From a bacterium (GTDB taxonomy: Bacteria; Patescibacteriota; Minisyncoccia; Phycocordibacterales; CAIRYW01), in the NCBI GenBank assembly GCA_031373235.1, contig JANMMK010000077.1, positions 1 through 43,224 on the forward strand: a DNA stretch of 43,224 bases, written 5' to 3'. The stretch's first letter is position 1, and the number at the start of each line of letters is the position of its first letter. The translations under genes were made by a program, and so were the position numbers. This document shows, piece by piece, positions 35,122 through 43,224 of this stretch. The notes below the pieces were generated by a model. It searched no databases and had not been told where the DNA came from. It was given only the letters and a program-made list of their open reading frames with translations.

Positions 35122-37035
35122 TTATTCAACCACCTTATCATCATTAAAAAGAAAACTTGGATCCGAAGGCATGGTTGTTGTAAGGTCTTTATTTATAACC
35201 GGAGTCGCCTGTCCTGTAAAGGAATCAACTCCCGAAAGCACAGGTGCTTTTACTAATACAGGAATATTGCGAAGAAGACTGTGAGGGGCATTTAACGAAA
35301 CCTGAAATGACACCGTTCTCGGTGCCTCCACGCTAGACACACCAAGTGTGCCGATGTCCCACATAACTTCTCTCGTATTTTTATTGAAACTTATTTTTTC
35401 TGATTCAGGCACCTTGATATCAGTCCACTCGACATACACAGGTAGTACTCCGGTGACTTTCGCACCGGTCACCTCGTTTAGGTTATTAAGTACACTCCAG
35501 ATAATGGTATACGTCGTTGGGATGCCAACTTTAGGAGGAACACTACCACTGTTTTCAATTGACCCGATAGTGCGCACAACCTTAGCATCAAGTGAAAAAT
35601 CTGTTTTGATTTTTAATTTTTTTGTTACTGTTGAAGTTAATTCTTCTGGCACATTCCTCTCTGACAAACGATTTCCTTTGACATTGATATCAATTGTAAT
35701 GTCCTGATTCTTTTTTCCTTTTGGTATAAGAGGATTCTCAATTACTCGAAATACAAAAGGAAGTTTCGTTGTCTCTCCTCGAGAAAATGCTTTGAGCACT
35801 TCGTTATCAAACTTAGTCCACCGTATCGTGTTATTTTCTATACGGTAGACACCGTTAGTCGAAGATATGCTTTTAGTATCTACTAGTGCACCAGTTATCT
35901 TGGCCTCAACTTCGATATCACTCACCACTACTGGCAAATTATTTTCTAATGCAATTTCTATTGCATACTTTTCGTTTGTTTTAAGTAGGTATCCATCAAT
36001 AGGATTACGCTCTATCGTAAGTGCGCTTGAGATAAAAGGTTTTTGAATAGCAACTGCATGTGTCGCATACACGAAAGGAGCATCGGTGGTACCGGGATTT
36101 TTATCTGACTCAATACCAAGGGAAAATTTAAAAAACCTATCTTCATTTCTCTCGCCACTCACTTTTCCTTTGAGCACCACAGTACGTTTTCCGCCCTCTG
36201 GAATATCTCCCAACTTCCAAGTCTTTCCATTTTCCTGTGGCAAAGGAGTTGCCGAAGTCACTTCAAAACCAAAAGGTAATTCTGCGAACAACAAAACTCC
36301 TTTAGTGATTTCTTTTGCATTTGAACGTATGAGAATTTCGAGAGTAATTTCTTGTCCTGAAGTAATTTCAGAAACACCTTTGACCGTAAGCTCTACAGGA
36401 GCAGATCCCATAGTCACTGTGTAATCCCCTTCTTTACTAAAAACACTGTTCGAATTTGGAATACGGTACTCAAGTACGTAGTGAATTTTTTGTGTTGTTC
36501 CTTCCTCCCCAAACAAAACAGCTTTAATACTTTTTCTAACACTTTGACCTTGAGAAACATCGCCGAAAATAACTCGGTCTCTTTGTAGTGCTAAAGTTTT
36601 ATCTTCCACACTCTTTGTACCCTTTGGATATTCAAGAACCAAGTCAACAATTTCGAGATTCACAGCATTGTTATTTACCAATCCAATATCCAATGAAAAT
36701 TCTTCTCCGGAAGGATGAAGTGTCTGTCCGATAAATGACAATTCTATCTTATCTCCCGAAACAACATTTCCACCTTTTATTACCACGTAAGTCGCAATTC
36801 CAACAGAAAGAAAAAAGAGTGCCACTGTCCCCAAGAAAATCTTTGTTAAAAGCTTGTTTTTTTTAGGTTCATCTTTAAATAAATCCACTTCCTCAGTGTC
36901 TTCTTTTTGCCACCTATCCCCAACTACTGAGCCGTGGGGTTTTAGATCCAGCACGCGGTCATCAAACGCTATCCCTTTTCTTGAATAAAGAGTTTTTTTT
37001 AGTTGCTCAATTTTACTTTTATCTTGCTCAGCCAT
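35122..37035 (-). CDS. Single-pass membrane protein with a large extracytoplasmic array of Ig/CARDB-like beta-sandwich domains
   Basis: 637 aa with a charged N-terminus, one TM helix (LLTKIFLGTVALFFLSVGIATYVVI), and then repetitive beta-rich segments of about 100 aa. Confidence 0.65.
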   Translation of the reverse strand: MAEQDKSKIEQLKKTLYSRKGIAFDDRVLDLKPHGSVVGDRWQKEDTEEVDLFKDEPKKNKLLTKIFLGTVALFFLSVGIATYVVIKGGNVVSGDKIELSFIGQTLHPSGEEFSLDIGLVNNNAVNLEIVDLVLEYPKGTKSVEDKTLALQRDRVIFGDVSQGQSVRKSIKAVLFGEEGTTQKIHYVLEYRIPNSNSVFSKEGDYTVTMGSAPVELTVKGVSEITSGQEITLEILIRSNAKEITKGVLLFAELPFGFEVTSATPLPQENGKTWKLGDIPEGGKRTVVLKGKVSGERNEDRFFKFSLGIESDKNPGTTDAPFVYATHAVAIQKPFISSALTIERNPIDGYLLKTNEKYAIEIALENNLPVVVSDIEVEAKITGALVDTKSISSTNGVYRIENNTIRWTKFDNEVLKAFSRGETTKLPFVFRVIENPLIPKGKKNQDITIDINVKGNRLSERNVPEELTSTVTKKLKIKTDFSLDAKVVRTIGSIENSGSVPPKVGIPTTYTIIWSVLNNLNEVTGAKVTGVLPVYVEWTDIKVPESEKISFNKNTREVMWDIGTLGVSSVEAPRTVSFQVSLNAPHSLLRNIPVLVKAPVLSGVDSFTGQATPVINKDLTTTMPSDPSFLFNDDKVVE

Positions 37036-37082
37036 TAGTCTCCTTATTATACCTCTTCATATCAAAAAAAATAACCAATGAA

Positions 37083-37649
37083 TTATGTTTGTTTTCGAAG
37101 TTGTGACGAAGCGAGTGCATTATTTATGAGTGAAATAATCTTTTTTTTGTTTTTAGTGCTTGAGGTTTCAGAAAAAGGCCTGATTAGAAGTTCAAAATCT
37201 TCGTCATCACTTCCATACCCAAGAGCATGCAGGACGTTTACTACAGACCAGAGCTCGAAGTCTTCTTCTGAGAGTGAAGCTGGATTTTCTAGAAAGAAAC
37301 TTTCCACTACCTTAAAGAGTTCCGTATTTTTTTCTTGTCCTTGAACCAATTCAGCCAGGAGTAAACAAGTTTTGGCTAAGTTTTGTTCTTTAATTTTTTC
37401 TAAACGAAGAGAAAGACACTCTGCATCCGTAAGGCGCCAAACATCCTTTCCTTTTATAAGGGTAACCACCAGCATCCTAAAAATCTTTAAGGAAGGTTTG
37501 AGTTTTGACTTCAAGAGTCTCACCCCCTTAGCAATAACAAAGACAAGTCCAAACTCTTCAGTATAAAGAGTAAATAACTTATCGGCTTCGCCGAAATTCT
37601 TTTCTTTTATGATGACAGCTTGTGTCCGATATTTTTCGTAGGATGACAT
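37083..37649 (-). CDS. recO: DNA repair protein RecO (short form)
   Basis: 188 aa. N-terminal OB-fold pattern: T.AVIIKEKNFGEADKLFTLYTEEFGLV.VIAKGVR..KSKL. The gene neighbours glyQS, as in many Gram-positive bacteria. Confidence 0.7.
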   Translation of the reverse strand: MSSYEKYRTQAVIIKEKNFGEADKLFTLYTEEFGLVFVIAKGVRLLKSKLKPSLKIFRMLVVTLIKGKDVWRLTDAECLSLRLEKIKEQNLAKTCLLLAELVQGQEKNTELFKVVESFFLENPASLSEEDFELWSVVNVLHALGYGSDDEDFELLIRPFSETSSTKNKKKIISLINNALASSQLRKQT

Positions 37650-37695
37650 AAAATACCAACAAATCTTAACACTTTAGAAAAGTTATATACTAGCA

Positions 37696-37724
37696 TTTAC
37701 AAAAACACTAAAGATTGGTATAGT
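37696..37724 (+). promoter_or_regulatory. Sigma70-like promoter of the candidate sRNA
   Basis: TTTACA, a 17-nt spacer, then TATAGT. Confidence 0.45.
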
Positions 37725-37730
37725 TTTATC

Positions 37731-37910
37731 GATGAAACGACAACCATTCGTGACCTTCGTCGTCATCGGATTCCATGCTGGATTCCGTATGCTCCGAGCC
37801 GAAGGTCGGCTCTTTTGGGATGGTCCCTTTGGACCAACCCTGCTCGGGTAGCCCCGGGCAACTTCACAAATGCGCAGTCTGGTCACCACCTTACTGCGCA
37901 TTTCGTTTTT
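37731..37910 (+). ncRNA. Candidate structured sRNA of unknown family (about 180 nt)
   Basis: A sample line is about 63% G+C. There are five consecutive hairpins: 37731-37767, 37796-37812, 37817-37840, 37842-37859, and an 11-bp terminator stem at 37868-37903 followed by CGTTTTTT. One U.G pair exists only on the plus strand. The ORFs here look spurious. Confidence 0.45.
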
Positions 37911-40900
37911 TATATCTTCTCTACAACAACCCCCACCTCCCCTTCTTCAAAAGAGACTGCATCCGCTTGGGCTACTTTTGTTATAAGACTTTTCCACTCT
38001 GTTTTTTCAAACAAGTTACGCGATTGATCACCGTAAACTTTTACTTTTATTCTGTCTTTCGGAGTAAGATTTTTTTCTTTTCTTTGTTCTTGGACTTCAC
38101 GGATAACATCACGCACAACACCTTCTTCTTTAAGCTCAAGAGTTAATACCGTGTCGAGCAATACTTCTTCTACTAAAGTAGCGTCACAAAAAACTTCTTT
38201 TACATTGAGCTCGTCTTTTATTATCTCAAGGTATTCACTCTTAAGATCTTGCTTGATAGTAAGTTTTTGAAGTGGTTGCCTTACTTTTATATTAACTTTT
38301 TGTCTTTGTTCGAGTCCTAAAGAAACAATCTTTCTTACCTCTTTCATTTCTTTAATAATCTCTTCACTATTAACTCTCAACTCTTCACCACTGACTACTT
38401 CAGGCCATCCTTCTAAATGAACACTCTCTTCATCATTTTGTATTCTAAGTTTCTGGAAAAGATGTTCTGCAAAGAATGGAGCAAATGGAGCCATATACTT
38501 ACTTAAAGTTTTAAGAACAAAATACAATGTTTTCTTTGCATCTACATCTTCCTCTTTCAGTCTTTCCCTTGATCTTCTGACGTACCAAGTTGATAAGTCA
38601 TCGACAAATTCTTTAAGTAATCGCACTGGTTCAAAAAGTTTAAACTCATCAAGATACTTTGTTCCAGAAGAAAGCATTTCATTGAGGCGAGACAAGATCC
38701 ATATATCTAAAACATTTTCTGATGTCGGCATGTCATTACTTTCAAGTGAAATATCTCGGTAGAGATCATAGAAACTGTGCACATTAGAAACAAGATTAAA
38801 TATCTTCTTCACTATTTCATCAACAGTTTTTTCATCAAAGTTTTTACTCTCTCCTGGTTGATTCACGCTGTACATCCATAGACGAAGTGCATCTACTCCA
38901 TATTTATCAATCATCTCCCAAGGGTTCACAATATTTCCAAGACTCTTACTCATCTTCTTTCCTTCTTTATCAAGAATGTGTCCGAGACAAATTACATTTT
39001 TATACGCTCTCCCCTTGCCCATAAGTACACCTACTGCATGAAGTGTATAAAACCATCCACGAGTTTGGTCTATCGCTTCACTAATAAAGTCAGCAGGAAA
39101 AGCAACTTCCTTGGTAGAGAAAGGATAATTATCTTGTGCAAAAGGCATCGCTCCCGAATCAAACCACACGTCCATTACTTCTTTTGTTCGCTTGAGTATA
39201 CTGCCGTTTTCACCAACCAGTTCGACGGTGTCTATGTATGGTCGATGTAAATCGAGCCGATACTCTTCATCGTGAGGAAGTGGTGCAAAGACTAATTCTT
39301 TGTAATGTCCTGGTTCGATAAAATTTACTCCTGGTGTATAGATTTTTTCTATTTCACTATCGAGTGCCCCTTCAGCCACACACTTCATAAGCTTTGCAGG
39401 TCCATCATGTGTCACCATCAAAATATTTTTACCTTCATACTTGCTTTCGGTTTCGTAGAGAAACTCGCCCACTCTTCTTTTTACTTCCATTAAGGTTTCA
39501 GCGCTATCAAATTTCTTAAAAATACGATCCTTAAATGTTGGATATATTTTTTCAAACTCACTCCATGGTTTTCCGGAGAGCACTCCAAACCGCTCTTCGT
39601 GAAGACGGTCATCGACAACTGCTTCCACACCAAGCACTTCAGAGGCAATACTTGCTGTTTCTGCTGTCCTTAAAATTGGAGAATGGATAATGAGATCAAT
39701 ATTTTCTTTTTTTAGTAGCCCTGCATTTTCTCTGACTAGTGCCCTACCCTTTTCTGTAAGCGGATGAACAGCTTCTTCGTCACTACTTAAAACTCCAGCC
39801 ACATTATGACTCGCTTCTCCATGTCGCATCAAAAAATATTTGTTGCCAGATTTTTTGGTTTTTTCTTTGAGAGTTTTTATTGAATCAAGAATGAATCTTT
39901 CTTTACCGTCAGCACTTTCCCATACCGGAAGTGGTGTCCCCCAATATCGCTCCCTTGAAATCGCCCAGTCTTTCACTTCTTTAAGCCACTCACCAAATCG
40001 TCCATCTTTAATATAAGACGGCTCCCAATTTATTTTCTGGTTTTCTTCCATGAGAGAATCCCTGAGACTAGACATTTTTATATACCAAGAATCTCTCGCA
40101 TAATAGATAAGTGGAGTTTTACACCGCCAACAATGTGGATATGAGTGTTCGTATTTTTCTTTCTTAAAGAGCAGTCCTCTGTGTGCAAGGTCTTTGATGA
40201 CATCAATAGCAACGGCTTCATCTTTTACAAATCGTCCAGAAAACTCTCCACACCATTCTTTAAAAGTTCCATCCTCATTTACCGTGTGCATTTTTGGAAG
40301 TCCGACTTTTGTCCCAAGCGCAAAGTCATCTTGTCCATACATAACAGCGGTGTGCACGATTCCTGTTCCATCTGTTGTAGTAACAAAGTCAGCTCCATAT
40401 ACTCTAAAGGCTTTTGAAGCATCAATTCCTTTTTTCTCTAATTCATTTTTAAGAAATGGATAAAGTGGTTCATATTCTAAACCAACCAAGTCTTTTCCCT
40501 TAACCTCTTTGTAAGTAAAAGCCACCGAATGTTCGGCCTGCTCGTCACCTTGATCATGAGGAAGTATATGTTTAAGCATTTCCTCCATTCTTGATTTCGC
40601 AAAAATCAAAGTCTCTTTTTCGAATTTTACTTTCACATACTCAATCTCAGTCCCTACAGCCAGTGCAACATTCCCCGGTAAAGTCCACGGGGTTGTAGTC
40701 CATGCAAGAAAATAAGTCGGTAAGTCGTCAGTTGGTAAGTTAGTAAGTTTAAACTTCGCGTACACCGACAAATCTTTTACATCTTGATATCCTTGTGCGA
40801 GTTCGTGAGAAGAAAGTCCTGTCCCGCATCTTGGACACCATGGCACCACCTTGTAGTCCTTATATAGTAAATTTTTGTCTGCAACTGTCTTCACGATATT

Positions 40901-41386
40901 CCAGAGAGACTCGATGTAAGAATTGTGAAAAGTAAAATATGCATTTTCTTGATCAACCCAATATCCGATTCTTTTTGTAAATCTTCCCCAATCTTCAAGA
41001 TAGGTAAATACACTTTCTTTACACTTTTTGTTAAACTCAGCAACACCAAACTTTTCGATGTCTTTCTTTGAGGTAAGTTTGAGTTCTTTTTCTACTTGAA
41101 GCTCCACTGGAAGTCCATGCGTATCCCATCCACCTTTTCTTCTGACATGAAATCCTTGCATGGTTTTGAAACGAGGAATAGCGTCCTTAAATGCTCTTGC
41201 TTCAAGATGGTGAATTCCTGGCTTTCCATTTGCTGTTGGAGGACCTTCAAAAAACACAAACTCACCTTTTGGCGAATCTTTTTTGAGTGTTTCTGCAAAA
41301 ATATTCTTTTCCTCCCAAAACTTCAAGACCTCTTCTTCACGAAGTGCATGTGGGCTTTTTTCTGAATTTTTTTCTTGTTCTACCAT
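37910..41386 (-). CDS. ileS: Isoleucyl-tRNA synthetase (type 2) with an inserted histidine-phosphatase domain
   Basis: 1158 aa. IleRS motifs: PPTANGKPGIHH, the WCPRCGT editing/CP1 region, WGTPLPVW, DLHRPYID, VWFDSG and KMSKSLGN. The insertion of about 220 aa spans residues W489 to D712. Confidence 0.95.
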   Translation of the reverse strand: MVEQEKNSEKSPHALREEEVLKFWEEKNIFAETLKKDSPKGEFVFFEGPPTANGKPGIHHLEARAFKDAIPRFKTMQGFHVRRKGGWDTHGLPVELQVEKELKLTSKKDIEKFGVAEFNKKCKESVFTYLEDWGRFTKRIGYWVDQENAYFTFHNSYIESLWNIVKTVADKNLLYKDYKVVPWCPRCGTGLSSHELAQGYQDVKDLSVYAKFKLTNLPTDDLPTYFLAWTTTPWTLPGNVALAVGTEIEYVKVKFEKETLIFAKSRMEEMLKHILPHDQGDEQAEHSVAFTYKEVKGKDLVGLEYEPLYPFLKNELEKKGIDASKAFRVYGADFVTTTDGTGIVHTAVMYGQDDFALGTKVGLPKMHTVNEDGTFKEWCGEFSGRFVKDEAVAIDVIKDLAHRGLLFKKEKYEHSYPHCWRCKTPLIYYARDSWYIKMSSLRDSLMEENQKINWEPSYIKDGRFGEWLKEVKDWAISRERYWGTPLPVWESADGKERFILDSIKTLKEKTKKSGNKYFLMRHGEASHNVAGVLSSDEEAVHPLTEKGRALVRENAGLLKKENIDLIIHSPILRTAETASIASEVLGVEAVVDDRLHEERFGVLSGKPWSEFEKIYPTFKDRIFKKFDSAETLMEVKRRVGEFLYETESKYEGKNILMVTHDGPAKLMKCVAEGALDSEIEKIYTPGVNFIEPGHYKELVFAPLPHDEEYRLDLHRPYIDTVELVGENGSILKRTKEVMDVWFDSGAMPFAQDNYPFSTKEVAFPADFISEAIDQTRGWFYTLHAVGVLMGKGRAYKNVICLGHILDKEGKKMSKSLGNIVNPWEMIDKYGVDALRLWMYSVNQPGESKNFDEKTVDEIVKKIFNLVSNVHSFYDLYRDISLESNDMPTSENVLDIWILSRLNEMLSSGTKYLDEFKLFEPVRLLKEFVDDLSTWYVRRSRERLKEEDVDAKKTLYFVLKTLSKYMAPFAPFFAEHLFQKLRIQNDEESVHLEGWPEVVSGEELRVNSEEIIKEMKEVRKIVSLGLEQRQKVNIKVRQPLQKLTIKQDLKSEYLEIIKDELNVKEVFCDATLVEEVLLDTVLTLELKEEGVVRDVIREVQEQRKEKNLTPKDRIKVKVYGDQSRNLFEKTEWKSLITKVAQADAVSFEEGEVGVVVEKI

Positions 41387-41487
41387 AGATAAATAGATAC
41401 TAGCATTTTTTCGGAAATGGATAAATGTTCTTCCTTGCTTTCCTTTGCTTATACGGTAGAGTTAATTTTTGAAACATCTCCATACTT

Positions 41488-41835
41488 ATGCCTCATATCT
41501 CTCTCGAGTTCCTTGATACTAATGGGAACCAACACCCTTACGGAAATCTTATTCTACTTGCAAAAGACCTCATTTCTGCAGTAGAAGGAATAACTGAACT
41601 TAACATCGACAAAGACGCTGTGTCCTGTTCTCAAATCCAATCAACTTCACTCACCCCAACAAATAGGATAATTGCAAAAGTGTCCTGTCTATTGGCAAAA
41701 AAAGGTCGTGATGACTCAACCGTCGCTAAAGTTGCTAAAGTCGTAGCCGAAACGATAAAGAAGTACTTTCCAAAGTTTACTATTGAAGTGGTTGTTGAAC
41801 CCTTAGTTCCCATGTCCTACATTATCACTCTCTAA
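41488..41835 (+). CDS. Hypothetical protein (possible tautomerase-superfamily member, Pro-1)
   Basis: 115 aa that begins MPHISLEF. The size and the N-terminal Pro are reminiscent of MIF/tautomerase folds, which is a weak inference only. Confidence 0.35.
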   Translation: MPHISLEFLDTNGNQHPYGNLILLAKDLISAVEGITELNIDKDAVSCSQIQSTSLTPTNRIIAKVSCLLAKKGRDDSTVAKVAKVVAETIKKYFPKFTIEVVVEPLVPMSYIITL

Positions 41836-41891
41836 CGCCAGGCTTGTCCTCGGCGATTTTTATTTACCTACCAATATTGACTTTTTATATA
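41830..41891 (+). repeat. Terminator-promoter cassette, copy A
   Basis: The 32-mer CTCTAACGCCAGGCTTGTCCTCGGCGATTTTT is a bulged 7-bp hairpin plus T run. After a variable spacer comes the 16-mer ATTGACTTTTTATATA, which holds the -35 box TTGACT. A -10 box TATAAA follows 16 nt later. Confidence 0.8.
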
Positions 41892-41913
41892 GATATGATA
41901 TAAATTTTTTTGA

Positions 41914-42639
41914 ATGAACACGTCACACAACCAAATGTGGGTAACGAGTGGAACTCGTTTACCTTTAACCGCAGTGAGGAATGCTGCATCACTACTAACA
42001 ATCCTGCTCTTCGTACTCACAACGATAAGCTACGGACAATACACCGGCTTCTCCTACTCCACCGGCCCCGACCGTTGGAGCTATATCGCTCAGGGTTCAG
42101 GACTAGAGCTGCCAGAAAACGGCACTCAATTCTTTGCGCCCTATACGCGATACCCGGCCAGCCAAAACTACTCAAACAGCCTGGAGTTGAGCATCTACAC
42201 CCCCGCCGGACCAATCATCCCACCATTTCAGTTTCCCACTCCCGACAGTGACTGGAACATCAACCTCCATGCACCAAACAATGGGTTACTTGAAGAAGGG
42301 GTCTTCATCGCAACGAGATACCCATTTAACAGCCCTGATGTTATGGGGTTCACATGGTATGGAAACGGAAGAGGGCTAAACATCTCCACATCTTGGGTTG
42401 AGATATTGGAAGTCGAATACATCGGTGTTGGAGGACCACCAAGCAAACTAGCCTTTGACTTCGTGCAGTTTGAGGAAATCTCCCCTGCACAAAACCCAAC
42501 ACTTGAAACATCAAGATGGTCATTTGGCTCCTACCGGTACAACTCGAGCGTACCACTGAATGTTGTGCCGGAACCAAGCACCTCCATACTTGGGATGCTG
42601 GGAATGCTCCTTATAGCAAGACGAAAACGTCAAAGCTAA
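41914..42639 (+). CDS. Exported protein with a C-terminal PEP-CTERM sorting signal (GC-rich)
   Basis: 241 aa. Signal peptide: ...AASLLTILLFVLTTISYGQ. C-terminus: VVPEP-STSILGMLGMLLIA-RRKRQS. A sample line is about 58% G+C. Confidence 0.75.
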   Translation: MNTSHNQMWVTSGTRLPLTAVRNAASLLTILLFVLTTISYGQYTGFSYSTGPDRWSYIAQGSGLELPENGTQFFAPYTRYPASQNYSNSLELSIYTPAGPIIPPFQFPTPDSDWNINLHAPNNGLLEEGVFIATRYPFNSPDVMGFTWYGNGRGLNISTSWVEILEVEYIGVGGPPSKLAFDFVQFEEISPAQNPTLETSRWSFGSYRYNSSVPLNVVPEPSTSILGMLGMLLIARRKRQS

Positions 42640-42649
42640 TAACTACCAA

Positions 42650-42711
42650 CTCTAACGCCAGGCTTGTCCTCGGCGATTTTTTATATTTAAGCACTATTGA
42701 CTTTTTATATA
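42650..42711 (+). repeat. Terminator-promoter cassette, copy B
   Basis: The 32-mer and 16-mer are identical to copy A and occur in the same order. The -10 box TAATAT lies 16 nt after TTGACT. Confidence 0.8.
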
Positions 42712-42782
42712 TTTATGTTAATATAGTAAAAAATACCCTCAGAAATCACAGAAACTCAACCAAGTCAAAAACTACCGAAATC

Positions 42783-43224
42783 ATGAAAACAATCATCTCG
42801 CTCTTTACAGCGATCATCATCACCGCAGTCCTTTCGGGCTGCACAGGATCAGTCGACGGACGCATCACTGCATCCATCGGCTCAAACCGCCAAGGCAACC
42901 ACGGAGGTGGACCAGTTTACAACGGGCTCCCCACCCCAACCATCCAGAGTCTCCGCTCCAGTGGCAGAGACGCCTCAGGAGTTGCCCGTTGGGCAATGGA
43001 GAACGGATATCGGCTCCAGGAGTCGAACGTTGTCAGGGAAGCCCGTCACTGTGGACCCTCTTGCGCGGTAACGCGAAAGAGTGTCCTTCAGAGGACTTGG
43101 GTTCGAACGACCCCTGTCCCTATGGCAACGCCCCCGCAATATCTTCGGGCGCCAAGTCCGGCGGACCAACTCTACCAGAGGCCAATCGGGGTAGACTGCT
43201 ATAGTCCGATCTACCCGCCACAGT
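42783..43224 (+). CDS. Putative lipoprotein, 3'-truncated by the window end (GC-rich)
   Basis: My own translation is open from the ATG at 42783 to the window end: MKTIISLFTAIIITAVLSGC|TGSVDG..., with lipobox LSGC. It is absent from the ORF track because no stop codon is reached. Confidence 0.55.
   Translation, partial: MKTIISLFTAIIITAVLSGCTGSVDGRITASIGSNRQGNHGGGPVYNGLPTPTIQSLRSSGRDASGVARWAMENGYRLQESNVVREARHCGPSCAVTRKSVLQRTWVRTTPVPMATPPQYLRAPSPADQLYQRPIGVDCYSPIYPPQ

Noticed and set aside
37683-38146. ORFs 37683..37901(-), 37775..38146(+) and 37815..38027(+).
   Set aside because: They cross the hairpin-dense GC-rich spacer and/or the 3' end of ileS. Their translations are R/P/S-rich with no motifs, so the structured-RNA interpretation fits better.
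41387-41487. T-box or other leader upstream of ileS, and likewise upstream of metG and glyQS.
   Set aside because: The upstream spacers are 100 nt or shorter (1-9 nt for metG and glyQS), AT-rich and without specifier/antiterminator-like structure, so there is no room for a T-box.
43090-43116. GGGTTCGAACGACCC, which resembles a tRNA T-arm.
   Set aside because: No acceptor, D or anticodon arms can be built around it, and it lies inside the open reading frame of the lipoprotein gene.
4566-43224. Explaining all GC-rich islands as assembly chimeras or contamination.
   Set aside because: This cannot be excluded without reads. It would, however, require at least ten chimeric junctions that each fall in an intergenic spacer and leave intact AT-rich promoters and terminators around the GC-rich genes. 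Horizontal acquisition is the simpler reading.

Overview
This is a gene-dense, AT-rich bacterial chromosome segment with about 40 protein genes, most on the minus strand. I found no rRNA, tRNA or CRISPR array. The housekeeping backbone is csaA, rplJ-rplL, ftsK, recA, efp, rpsF-ssb-rpsR, tatD, metG, an AI-2E permease, an M16 peptidase, glyQS, recO and ileS. Between these sit many lineage-specific exported or membrane-anchored proteins: a giant beta-helix/lipase/Ig protein, a PKD/LTD protein, a peptidoglycan-binding poly-Thr surface protein, and a DUF2339-like/DUF3999-like pair. Gene content, tight gene packing, the absence of Shine-Dalgarno motifs and the style of the surface proteins suggest a Patescibacteria/CPR (Parcubacteria-like) organism; this is inference only. 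Main observations: (1) ileS carries an internal insertion of about 220 aa with all the hallmark motifs of a histidine phosphatase (PGM-like) domain. (2) At five or more loci, single genes or gene pairs of clearly higher G+C (sample 60-nt lines 53-58%) sit between native-looking AT-rich promoters and terminators; most encode exported proteins. Two end in textbook PEP-CTERM sorting signals, yet no exosortase is visible, and one locus shows a duplicated terminator-promoter cassette. (3) An IS200/IS605-like Y1 (RayT-type) transposase has hairpin ends and belongs to a family of about 38-nt repeats (DnaA-box-like head plus GC palindrome) that also bracket a RelE/RHH toxin-antitoxin cassette. (4) A three-gene exported operon is centred on an LCAT-like lipase fused to a beta-helix and Ig-like domains. 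(5) A GC-rich, hairpin-rich candidate sRNA of about 180 nt, with its own promoter and terminator, lies between recO and ileS. (6) Same-orientation heptad (T)AGTTNN arrays recur in six intergenic spacers. All family assignments rest on motif recognition by eye; no searches were run.
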